In this document: positions 41,701 to 51,685 of the stretch, in pieces
Layout of the letters: the number at the start of each line of letters is the position of its first letter
How positions within the stretch are numbered: the first letter of the stretch is position 1
NCBI GenBank assembly: GCA_000091205.1
Contig: AP006494.2
Source: Cyanidioschyzon merolae
Taxonomy: Eukaryota
Direction: 5' to 3' (one strand)
DNA: 64,000 nucleotides
Made by a program: the position numbers and the translations under genes
The notes under the pieces: generated by a model
The model's database searches: none
What the model was told of the DNA's origin: nothing
The model's input: only the letters and a program-made list of their open reading frames with translations

Positions 41701-43698
41701 ATGCGGTGGTTGTCGTCAGGTTGGCAGCGGCTAGTCCATAGCGCATTCTCGAGGAGGTTCGGAAGTGTTTCGGGTAAAACCGGTAAAGTTGCCGCTTCTC
41801 GCTTGCCGGTGCTGGCTGCAACCGTAACCACGCTGAGCCTGTCCTACTACTGGGTGCAGCGGGAACGTCTCGTGAGTCGTCAGTGGTTCCTTACAAACCT
41901 CGTTGATGTTCCAAGTGCAAAAATTGGGTACCCCGTGCGAGCTAGTTGGAGTGAGGGTCCCGACACAAACGCAGCCGCAGTGCACTCTTGGCGTCTGCTC
42001 GAAGAAAAACTGCGACGTGAGGAGCAGCGACTTCATGGACCTTCTCCAACGTTTCAGATATACACTGCTGCTGATGGTAAGAGGAGCGTCACGTTCACAT
42101 TGCGCCTTGACGACCCGAAACCGCAACAACCGCATGTTCGCCGTGCTGCTCCCGGTGATGACTTGCTTGCGGCGTTTGCTACCGTGCTAGAAGCTCTACA
42201 GGAACTCCAAAAGTCAACGACAGACAAACAGCCAGGTAAGGATGAGACACCTGCCTATGCGGTCTCTGTGAGTGCTCAGAGCTCTGCAACGTCGACGACC
42301 GTAACCGCACGATGTCCAGAGGGTCAGATGCTGCATGTCTTTCTGCCGCACGTGGGCAGCTTTGCCGCAGAGCTTTGCTACTCGAAACCAGCGGATCAGG
42401 GCGCACTCAGTGATCAGGAGATTACCGCACTGGTCGAGGCGTATCGCATCGTCGCACGAGGACTCAGCAGTGCTGGACTCGAGTTCGCTACCGGTAATGG
42501 AGACAGGGCATCATCGGCAGCCTCTGGAGGCGCGCCTCCATCAAAACGACCCTGGAGACGCTCACGGGATGACGTTAGTGTGCGGATTGTACAGGAAAAA
42601 TTGGAAGCGATGGGCGTGGATGTTTACTTACCGAGCGCATTCCGGCCCAGAGAAGGTGCCGATGAGGAGCCGCCCGCCGCAATCGACTGGACGACACTTG
42701 CCGGCTACGATGACATCAAACAGCACATCGAGGCATCGCTGGTGCTCCCGCTGCGACACCACGAGGTCTATGACGCAGTCGCCAAGGGTACGCGGCGGAT
42801 ATTCAGCCCGAATCGGCCTCGTGCAGTGCTTTTTGCTGGGCCTCCGGGCTGTGGGAAGACCTCCACAGCGCGAATCATTGCGGAGCAAGCAGGAGTCCCT
42901 TTTATCCATGTGACCCTCGAAGCCGTTGTATCGCGCTATTACGGTGCCTCGGAGAAGCAGCTTTCAAGCATTTTCGACCTGGCCCTCGAGCTCGGTGGTG
43001 GCGCCATCCTTTTCATAGACGAAGTCGACGCTCTGGGTACTTCTCGAGATCGCAGCGACATGCACGAAGCGACGCGTCGAACGCTGTCCGTCCTCTTGCG
43101 ACGACTAGACGGTCTGCATCAAGATACTGGGAAGCGTTTGCGCATGCGCAGTTCTTTGTATGATGAGCAGCCGTTCGGTCCGCCGACGTCGTTGGCTCCA
43201 CCGCCACTGGGCTCAACCGAGTACGCAGCCACAGATGCTGACGGCTGGTTTGTCGTTGTCGCAGCCACAAATCGTATGCAGGATCTTGACCCTGCGCTCT
43301 TGAGCCGATTCGATGTGGTGCTGGAGTTCCCTCTTCCTGACTTTGAGACCCGCCTGTCCATCTATGAAATGTACGCCAAGCAGCTGAAACCTGATGATGT
43401 TCGAAAATTAGCGGCCGCCACGGAGGGCTTTTCGCCGCGCGCGATCCACGACAGTTGTTTGGCTGCAGAGCGCCTTTGGGCAGCGGGGATTATTCGCGGC
43501 GAACATGCTCGCAACAGCCTTCCCGACGTTAACGCGTACCTGGCAGCACTAGAACTCCGCAGCGAGCGTTCGTATCCAGGAGCGAGCTCTGGTCGCGCAC
43601 CTCGCCCAGGACTCTGTGATGGTCCAAGTTCTGATGCGGCACAGTACATTCATATGCCGAACTGTCGGTACACTCCACAGGCAGTGGATCAGGTCTGA
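41701..43698 (+). CDS. AAA+ ATPase with an N-terminal presequence-like region and one transmembrane segment (membrane-anchored, possibly mitochondrial)
   Basis: Walker A AVLFAGPPGCGKT, Walker B ILFIDEVDAL, sensor-1 VVAATNR. The N-terminus MRWLSSGWQRLVHSAFSRRFGS is followed by the hydrophobic VLAATVTTLSLSYYWV. The tracked start at 41650 is TTG; the ATG is at 41701. Confidence 0.8.
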   Translation: MRWLSSGWQRLVHSAFSRRFGSVSGKTGKVAASRLPVLAATVTTLSLSYYWVQRERLVSRQWFLTNLVDVPSAKIGYPVRASWSEGPDTNAAAVHSWRLLEEKLRREEQRLHGPSPTFQIYTAADGKRSVTFTLRLDDPKPQQPHVRRAAPGDDLLAAFATVLEALQELQKSTTDKQPGKDETPAYAVSVSAQSSATSTTVTARCPEGQMLHVFLPHVGSFAAELCYSKPADQGALSDQEITALVEAYRIVARGLSSAGLEFATGNGDRASSAASGGAPPSKRPWRRSRDDVSVRIVQEKLEAMGVDVYLPSAFRPREGADEEPPAAIDWTTLAGYDDIKQHIEASLVLPLRHHEVYDAVAKGTRRIFSPNRPRAVLFAGPPGCGKTSTARIIAEQAGVPFIHVTLEAVVSRYYGASEKQLSSIFDLALELGGGAILFIDEVDALGTSRDRSDMHEATRRTLSVLLRRLDGLHQDTGKRLRMRSSLYDEQPFGPPTSLAPPPLGSTEYAATDADGWFVVVAATNRMQDLDPALLSRFDVVLEFPLPDFETRLSIYEMYAKQLKPDDVRKLAAATEGFSPRAIHDSCLAAERLWAAGIIRGEHARNSLPDVNAYLAALELRSERSYPGASSGRAPRPGLCDGPSSDAAQYIHMPNCRYTPQAVDQV

Positions 43699-43745
43699 GA
43701 CGTTTTCGGTCCGGCAGTACGCATCGCGCCTGAGCACTTGTCGAG

Positions 43746-43779
43746 CTGGTGGTGGTGGTCGTCGTCGTCGTCGTCGTGG
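43746..43779. repeat. (GGT)4(CGT)7 trinucleotide microsatellite
   Basis: ctggtggtggtggtcgtcgtcgtcgtcgtcgtggtg, read directly from the sequence. Confidence 0.9.
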
Positions 43780-43860
43780 TGTATCCCGTCGGCTGCGGAT
43801 CAGTTCTGGGCATTCTCGCGCATCGACTCATGTCGGATTCATATAGAACGGATCCATTAA

Positions 43861-44901
43861 CTCTGTCGCACACTCTAGCGTTTGGGCCTCGTTCCCTGGT
43901 CATGAATACCAGCACTTGCGGGTATTTTATGCAACTGCTCCCGCTTTCCTATCCCTATCTCTGACTTTAAATACGCTGGTGTCTCCTTTCCTTACAGCTT
44001 CGTTGTACGAAGACGAAGGATGTTGATCGTGAGATTGGAGCCCCAACTTCGCAGCCCCGATCTGTTGTGCAACTATGCCATGCACACCCGGGAGTTGCGA
44101 TCTACGGTTCGCATGCCACTTGCATCTCCCTAGTATACGGAAACAGTGCGCCCTTCACGGCTGCGAAACTTGAATATGGTCAGGGGTATCCCATGGTTCC
44201 CCGCTGGCCCTCCGAGCACCACTACATGGCGCGTGAACGCCCGTTTCATCGCTCGGTACATGCCCTTGACGGATGTAGGAGGATTGTATGGAAGCGTCGC
44301 TTAGCGTCTGCACCCGGTGGCCGTTCCAAGCGATCACGGGCTGCCTCTGGGTGATACGTGCTCCACTTACGTCCTCGGTGCACTGCATATGCAAACACGT
44401 GTAGTCGCATTTTTATGACGTGACTTGTGGAACGCATCGTTGTCCATCATGCAACAGGTATCGGGAGGAGAATCCAGGTTCGGGATCCAGTCCAGCACTA
44501 CCGATTCGTCTGGACTCCACTCCTGCAATGCAGAGTCAGACGCTGCACCGGCGGCGGTCGCTGTGATGACTCACGTCCGAGTCCGAGGCCACATCGACGC
44601 AAAATGAGGACTTGAGAGCGTCCGGGAGCATCGCCGCTGCGTCGAGTCATGCTGCCGCCACACGTCATTTTGTCGATGCGCGCCACGAGAAAACGACGCG
44701 TGTTTCCAAAGCAAGCGATTGGTTGGAGTGAAAGGTTCAATAAATTAGCTGAATGAGGTTGTGAGCAATTCGTCAACCGCCAATGTCGAGAATTTTTTGT
44801 CGTTCATCCAACGGAGCGAATCGCAGCGTCCTCGAGTTGCCCCGGAATACAATGATCAAAATCGTGGGGTGAACGTGATTCGAGCATGCCACAAGTAAGG
44901 G
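43861..44901 (+). repeat. Dispersed direct repeat, copy A (1,041 bp; roughly 99% identical to 61525-62565)
   Basis: Colinear match from ctctgtcgcacactctagcg... to ...cgagcatgccacaagtaaggg, with about 11 substitutions and no large indels. A weaker similarity continues for about 25 bp beyond the 3' edge. It contains only short ORFs that I cannot place (for example 44067..44354). Confidence 0.9.
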
Positions 44902-45214
44902 GAGAAGTCGAGTGGAGGCTCTTGTATAAAAATTCTATTGTGATCTCCGTTATCTTACGAACTCTTACCCGAGAGGCGTCGCGAATCATCTCAGTTCCTG
45001 TCACCAAACGCGTCCCAGCAACACGGAGTCGGACACGACACTTCAAATCGACGACAGAGCGTCCTAAAACTCGTATAAATCAGTAAACACCAACTGGTCG
45101 CACATCGGATCATGAGAATGCACATGTAAGAGTGAGCGAAAAGAACGAAGTGCAGAAACAGAGCGCCCAGTACAATGGACAATTTTCATTTGAAATAGCT
45201 CGTCGATGAAACAA

Positions 45215-46527
45215 AAGTTCATGTAAGATAAATGAATTCCGGCAGGGAGATGCTTCTCAGCCTTTTCGGTAGGCCCGCTGCTATTGGTTTGCGCTTCTCC
45301 TGGTAATCATCGAGCCTGAGAGGCTGCCCTACGATGTTGGCTCGCGTCAGCTCTGCGGGCTCGTCTCCAGCACCGCACACCGTCTGATATTGAAGGCCGC
45401 GTCAAAGTCCCGGTTCACAAACTCAACGCGTTTCTTTCTGTTGGTGTAACACACCAATTCAATGAGTCCTCGAACTCGTGCCCTCATTGCCATTTGTTCT
45501 CCTGTCAGATCTCTGTACTCTTGTAAATCCTCCGGGCTCCGCTGGCACTTTTCCATCTAGACCTCCTGATGTGTACACCCCAGCTCATGGTGCATATAGA
45601 ACGTTCGGAAATTCATCAATGGGTATTGTGACAAAACCGTGTGCGCACTTCTTATACGTTCTTGTCGTTGGAGCTGGTGTACACCCTTTTTTCGACATCC
45701 AGCGCCCTACTCCGTATGCTACTTCGAGCCTTTGATCCTTGTCCGCCTTGAGGGCGCTAAACTCACTGAAAAATTTCGTGAATGCACCCTCTTTCCTCCG
45801 TACAGTTTCATGCGCAGACGAGTCCACCGGGGCTTTGCGTACTCTTGCCACAACTCCTCGTCATGAGCAGCTTGAGTTTCTATGAATTCTAGAAAAGCTT
45901 CAAAGTCCGCTCCTCTGCTCGCCACCTGGCTGATCACTTCCAGGTGCTCCTTCACTGCTGAACTCAACGTCTCACTTTCCATCGTCGCATTCATTACTCC
46001 CTAGTCTCTATCGTATCTCGCTCTTTCGGACTTTAAGGAAACGTACGTCTTTTGGGGTAAGCTGCCGTCGATACGATATTCCCCATGCTTGGATGCTGCG
46101 ATGGTCATGATAGTCGTGTTCCCGGGGTACGGGCCGATTACGACAAAGGCGTTCTTGTCTATCTCCTGCGTCACAGGACCCGCCTGCTTTTTTTCATCGT
46201 GCTTTGCCGAGGGCGATATCGAAAACACAACAGGACGATCCGCCTTCAACAGCCGATCGTGTACACATATGGCTGTTCCATCGGTTTCGATCATCCCAGT
46301 AAATACCTTTTTCTTGCTCGTATTGAGACGTTTGAAATCGAAGATATTCTTCCAGTCCGTCTCTCGGTTTCCGCCGGTAACTCTGTTTTCCTTACATCGA
46401 ACTCCGGACAGATCTCCTTCATGATGCTGTAAATGGCGCTGGAGTCGATGGTCACAAAATGTGACTTGATGTTGCATAACGGAACGACAGTGAAGCGCTT
46501 CTCCATTAGGAAAGATATCCGTTCCAA
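45215..46527 (-). pseudogene. Degenerate TnpB/Fanzor-like RuvC-nuclease gene remnant, copy 2, with the conserved 3' flank
   Basis: ORF 45347..45556 ends ...MRARVRGLIELVCYTNRKKRVEFVNRDFDAAFNIRRCAVLETSPQS*, which is a RuvC-III motif homologous to copy 1 (RVRvLaiLaLV....NRDFNAAIN). A RuvC-II-like VKEHLEVISQ lies in ORF 45719..45994, and a RuvC-I-like [16 protein letters not shown] in ORF 46291..46527. The parts are separated by in-frame stops and a frameshift. The 3' flank (about 45215-45346) is shared with copies 1 and 3. Confidence 0.5.
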
Positions 46528-46771
46528 TGAACCTGCTTTTTTCTCAAACCCAGCTGCATCCCCGCCTTGCGTTCAAGTTCTCGCTCCGAAGAAAAAAGAA
46601 ATAGCACAGGATGAGGGGATAGCATCTTTTTCCATCTTTCTTCATATCTGATGCCTTTTCTGCAGGGTTGACACGCCCCAAGATTGCACCGTGCTCTTTC
46701 ATAGCCGCACGGATTACAGAAGCTTCATTCTTGCTTCTGCGTGATATCCTCTTGTCAACTAATTCGATCTC

Positions 46772-47412
46772 CTATTCATGCTGGCAATCGTTCGTGATGC
46801 CATCGATGATGGCCCGTATCCATTTGCAAGAGAGGCCCGGGTAGCGTGTCAAGACGCAGCGTATCATGAAGCGTTTGAGATTCACAATCATATGGCTATT
46901 CCGGTTCGTGAGGTCCTTCATCGCCCCGTATTCGTAAATAGGCGAGTCAGCTTTGTATCGAGTGTCGTTGACGCGGTATTCGGCGTAATTTTCGCGCAGG
47001 GCATGCACTCGCTCATCTCTCCACAACAGGTCCCTTGTACCAAGCATCAGGTGGCTGAGAAAGCTCTTGTTGAAAAATTGTTTCGGATTCTCGACTGTTT
47101 TTATGTCCGTTACATCCTCTTCCAGCTCCTTCACCAAATACATTGATCCAGTAGACGCTTTCCAAGTTCAAATCGAGTAAGACGTCACATGTTTATGATC
47201 CACTCTTGCATCTTTTGCTTATAGGGATCCTTGATGTAACCTCCACGAAAAGCTTTGACCACCACCTCGTCGTATTGTCGTCTGCCGTCTAGCTTTCGAA
47301 GGCCGGCCTCCTGCCTCCGATCCTTCGTCTTCTCCTGTTCCGCTTTCCTCGGCACTGTTTTTTCGTCTCCGGCAACTGGTGACATCAGACTACCTGGATC
47401 CTCAGCTTCCAT
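46772..47412 (-). other. Two adjacent coding-like ORFs (47412-47185 and 47143-46772); possibly the N-terminal part of the Fanzor-like copy 2, or an unrelated small gene
   Basis: The first ORF is basic and NLS-like (DEKTVPRKAEQEKTKDRRQEAGLRKLDGRRQ). The second is coding-like and 123 aa. They lie immediately 5' of the copy 2 remnant on the same strand, and the total of about 690 aa would fit Fanzor1 size. Speculative. Confidence 0.25.
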
Positions 47413-48556
47413 GTCCTTAACTTTCCTTTAATTATTTCTGAAAACGAACGCTCTTTGAATGCTTCTGCTATAAATCGCGAAAATCACTTTGATGCCCTAA
47501 TCTGAGAATGGAACACAACTGCATTGAAAAACGATACTTTGCTATGGGTGTAACGCAAATATATGTTGTACGCCAGAGCAACATACTGATAATATGGATC
47601 GGGTTTCTCTTCAACGGGGAAATGCGCTTCGTCTCTCATGCCGGCCAGGTATGAAGGTGCGAGTATATACCGCGCTTTATCGAAAAAAGAACAGAAACTG
47701 ACTACCAACTAGAAACTCGATAAAAACTTCGTTCCAGCACTGAGATACCCATTATAATTGGGAGCATTTTCTGTATTTTCGAAAGTCTTCCTTCTAGACG
47801 AGGGTCCCGCGAGTTGGACGATTCTGCCGGGCTAGTGCATCATGATCCCCAGTGGCGGATGCTGTAGTTAGACCTGGGCAGCTCATCCGAAACGCAATTC
47901 ATTCTGGGGCTATGAGCGGTTATGCCGTGTCTGGGCATCGTTCAGGTCTCAGTGGTCTCCTATCACATGGCTTTGCACCGCTGCATAGAGTACGTCTATT
48001 TGCACAAATTGGAGGCTCTCATCTTGATGATGGATCACGATTCTGTGACTAATGAACCACATCTTGAGCCGAGGCCTTCAGTGGTACAGCAATGCCGATC
48101 TGTATCCGTGCAGCACCGCAGCACCGGAATAAGCGCTATAGCGGGTGCAGGAAAGCGGGTATTCGGTGCACGATAGATCATACAAAACAACCAGTATATC
48201 CGAGAGGAACTACGGATGATAGAACCTCGAGGTGGGACGCAGCTTTATGGACGCTCCCGAATGCCAGTATCCATCCCGCACGCTGGGCTCCGTAGTCTAC
48301 GGAAACGAATCGCCAAACCAAAAATTCAGCAAAAAATCCTCAGGACAAGTCAGTACAAATTTATCAATAAAGATACTAAATGGAACCTGCCGCTGGATCG
48401 CTCCTGTCTGAAGCGCTGACGAAGCACTTGATTCGCAGCGTTGCGTAGCCTCCCCGCTGAGACGCAGTGCAGCGAAGCAGGTCCGTGGCTCCTACCTACC
48501 CGAAATAGGGTTCCTGTTCCGGTTAGGAAAGAGTGAAGGTTGGGTAAGCAGAATTC

Positions 48557-50482
48557 ATGAACGTTTTCGAGGAGGAAATTGCGAGAGCGGTGGCTCTTAC
48601 CGAACGGGCAGTGCTGACGCGGGAGCCGCGCCTCATCGCCCGTGTCCTGCGCTCGCTGGGGAAGCTAAGACGGTGCTGGAACGGAAGACTCTTTGAGCAT
48701 CGTACCAAGAAACTTGAGGCCCTTGTTGCATCTGAAATCATTGCGGTTGATCTCTTTCCAGAGGACGCCGAGGCGCTGAAAGAGGAGCAAAGAAAGAAGC
48801 AGCGGGCACGTCAAACGTCCAGTACCGGCGCTGAGCAGACCGGCACCGACTCGACGAAGACGGGTCAGAAAACAGGAACGCCCGACGAAGCATCAGAGAC
48901 ACCAGTCGAAGAGACTAACGGTAAATCCGAACGAGAGCTTGGCGCTGTTCAGCGTTTCGAGTACGCGGTGAAGGACCCGGTGCTCGCTGCACAGCACGCG
49001 CATGCCGCACTTCGCCGGCTACTGGAGCGGTTGGAGCAAGGCGACCCGAGCGCACACAACGCAGTCTTGCTCGAAGATGTAGATGCGGCACTAGAACCGC
49101 TCTTGTCACGTAACCAACGCGCCGCCGCTGCGGCGAAGGGCCTTGGCGTGGTGCAGCCTTTGGCTGCTACGCGGTCCGAGGCTAGTATGATCTTGTCGAA
49201 CGGGGTTTCGACGGATTCGCAGCCAAACGAAACAGCTGCTGCTGGACTAACGAAGCAAAATGCAAACGCTCGCCAAATGTCTGGAGTATCGTGGCATGCG
49301 CTTCAACCGGAGAGCCTCGTGCTTTTGCATCTGCTTGTCGTCTACTACCTGCTCGACGCACATGGTGACCATAAGCTGCAGCTCCGTGCCGTGGACTGCG
49401 CGGATCGCCTGATTTCGCTCTTGGATCGAAGTCCTCGGCGACATACCATGGACGAAATCGCAGCACGCTGCTACTATGCTTTTACGCTGGCCTACGAATG
49501 CGTTGGACGTCTTTCGGAATGCCAACCGCGCTTGCTGAAGGCTTATCGCACTGCTTGCGTTCGTCGCGATCACGCTGGTCAAGCCGTGCTCTTGAATCAG
49601 CTGCTTCGCTCCTATGTTCTGGAACGGCGCTACGCGCAAGCGGATCAATTGTACAATCGCGCTCCATTTCCCGACATTCGGAGCAACAGTCAGCTGGCTC
49701 GCTATTTCTACTACATCGGACGAGTGAAAGCTATACAACTGGATTACACAGAGGCATTTCGTTGCTTGAATAACGCGCTGCGCAAAGCGCCTCAGCACAT
49801 GGCGACTGCGTTCCGGATAACGATTCTGCGATTGCTGGTACTGGTCCAGTTGCTCATGGGCGAAATTCCAGAGCTCCAAGTATTTCTTGGAGAGCGCTAC
49901 GCTCCTGATGCTGCTGTATTTCGGCGAGCCATGTACCCTTACTTGCAGATTGCAAACGCAGTACGTCGCGGTGATCTCCAACGTTTTCAGCAAGTACTTG
50001 AGGAGAATGCCACCTGCTATGAACAGGACGGCAATGGCTATCTCGTTCGGCGACTTCGCCACAATGTCATCAAGACTGGACTTGCTCGCATCGTGGCTGC
50101 CTACGCCCGCATTCCTCTGAAGGAAGTTCAGGAGATTCTGGGCCTGGATGATAGCTCCAGCACCGAGAATGTGGTGGCGAAGGCCATTCGTGATCGGGTC
50201 ATTCGGGCAAATATTGATCGGGATCAACAGTGTCTCGTGTCGGCGAGCCAAACTGACCAGTACCAAGGTCGCGAGCCGGCACGTATGTTCCATGAACGGA
50301 TTCAGTTTTGTATGGACCTCCATGAAGAGGTACTTCGCGCGATGCGCTTCCCAGACGACAAAAGAAACGAAGCCAACCTCGAGATCTTGCGCGAGATGCA
50401 ACGCGATGAGGCCAAGATCGAGCAGGCGCTCGCTGAAGGAGCAGAACCCGGCGACGAGGACGATACCGATGATATCCTCTAA
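48557..50482 (+). CDS. RPN3: 26S proteasome regulatory subunit RPN3 (PSMD3; PCI domain)
   Basis: [91 protein letters not shown] is near-identical in pattern to PSMD3 [59 protein letters not shown]. ATG at 48557 verified. Confidence 0.9.
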   Translation: [641 protein letters not shown]

Positions 50483-51685
50483 TAGTGCTCAGCTATGACG
50501 TATAAATGATTTCGCATGGTATTCGAGAAGCACACCAGAGGGTCCTGCATCCATGCCGTGCGAAATGCATGGTGACTTCGGCGTTGACCGCACGCCTATA
50601 TTCAGAGCAATGCGGTCTGGAGCACAGCTGCAGTCGCGCGTTTTTGTTGGCTTGGTTTTTTGACGGGCTTTCGGAAGAGAAATCTATCTTTTAGAGTGGA
50701 GAAAACTGGCGGAAAGCTTTTAGGGTGTCATTGCTAGCTGGCGAGAAATGGCCTGACTTGCTCAAGCCAGACATTTTACGGTCAGCAACTGGATGAACCA
50801 ATGTGCTCTTGGTGCCTATTCTGAACGTTGCGTGCCGAAAACGGGGCAAACGGAACCCAGTAAACACATGGTTATCTGCTGATCAATCCATTCCATTGCA
50901 TACGTAATCTGGGAAACACCACAACAGAACGCATAGTTTGTGATACTTCCGTGCCGTTGGTCCCAAACGATGATGAAATGGTGTGGACGGACAAGAAAGA
51001 AAGTACTTTTCTCTTGATGATCGACGAGATCTGAACAACATATGACCGATTTCGTAGTAAGAACGGAACCGCGTACCACAGGAGGCACTAGTCTTTGTCT
51101 TACGTGGCGAGAGTTTATCCGGGAAAAGTGGTAGACCTGCATATGTGTACTGAACTAAAGACAAATCCGATGTTCGCAAAGAAGAGGCAAACGAGCATTC
51201 CGAAACCATCAGCACCAGTGGCGATGCTATCCTATGGTCGTCAACAAGTCGCCAAAAGGATACGATCGTTCTATAGCGCATGCTTCATCGACGCTTTGTG
51301 CGACATTATCTTCGCATACTCCGCTAGTCTGCTCTCAGAGTGCGTATCATTCCGCAACCCAGAAGTATTTGAGGACTATGCTGGTTAGATTGGTGCTCAG
51401 CTGATCTCTGTGCCAGGCTATTCGCGATGGAGCACACCGGTCGAAGGCGAGTCCTCCTATGCCGAACGTCCTTTCTATGCTGAAGAATCAATAGACGGGT
51501 ATTTCGCATTTTATCGAAAGCGAAAGCTACGGGACGCTAGGAATGATCGAGCAGCTTCGTACTCGAGGGAGGCTCATCTGGCATTCCTCGCCTCGACGTA
51601 GCTCGCTCAGCAAATATCCGCAGGAGCTCTGGACGCAGCTCTGCAAGCTGTCCAGATTCTTACGGAATTTATCCATCAAACTTTC

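Noticed and set aside
46001-46477. [13 protein letters not shown] in ORF 46001..46477 as the RuvC-I motif of Fanzor-like copy 2
   Set aside because: Its spacing to the RuvC-II-like EHLEV (about 35 aa) is inconsistent with copies 1 and 3 (about 130 aa). The segment [13 protein letters not shown] in ORF 46291..46527 aligns better with copy 1 MLDSFGCLSFICRE and copy 3 ALDLGTMGVVCKGR and gives the expected spacing.
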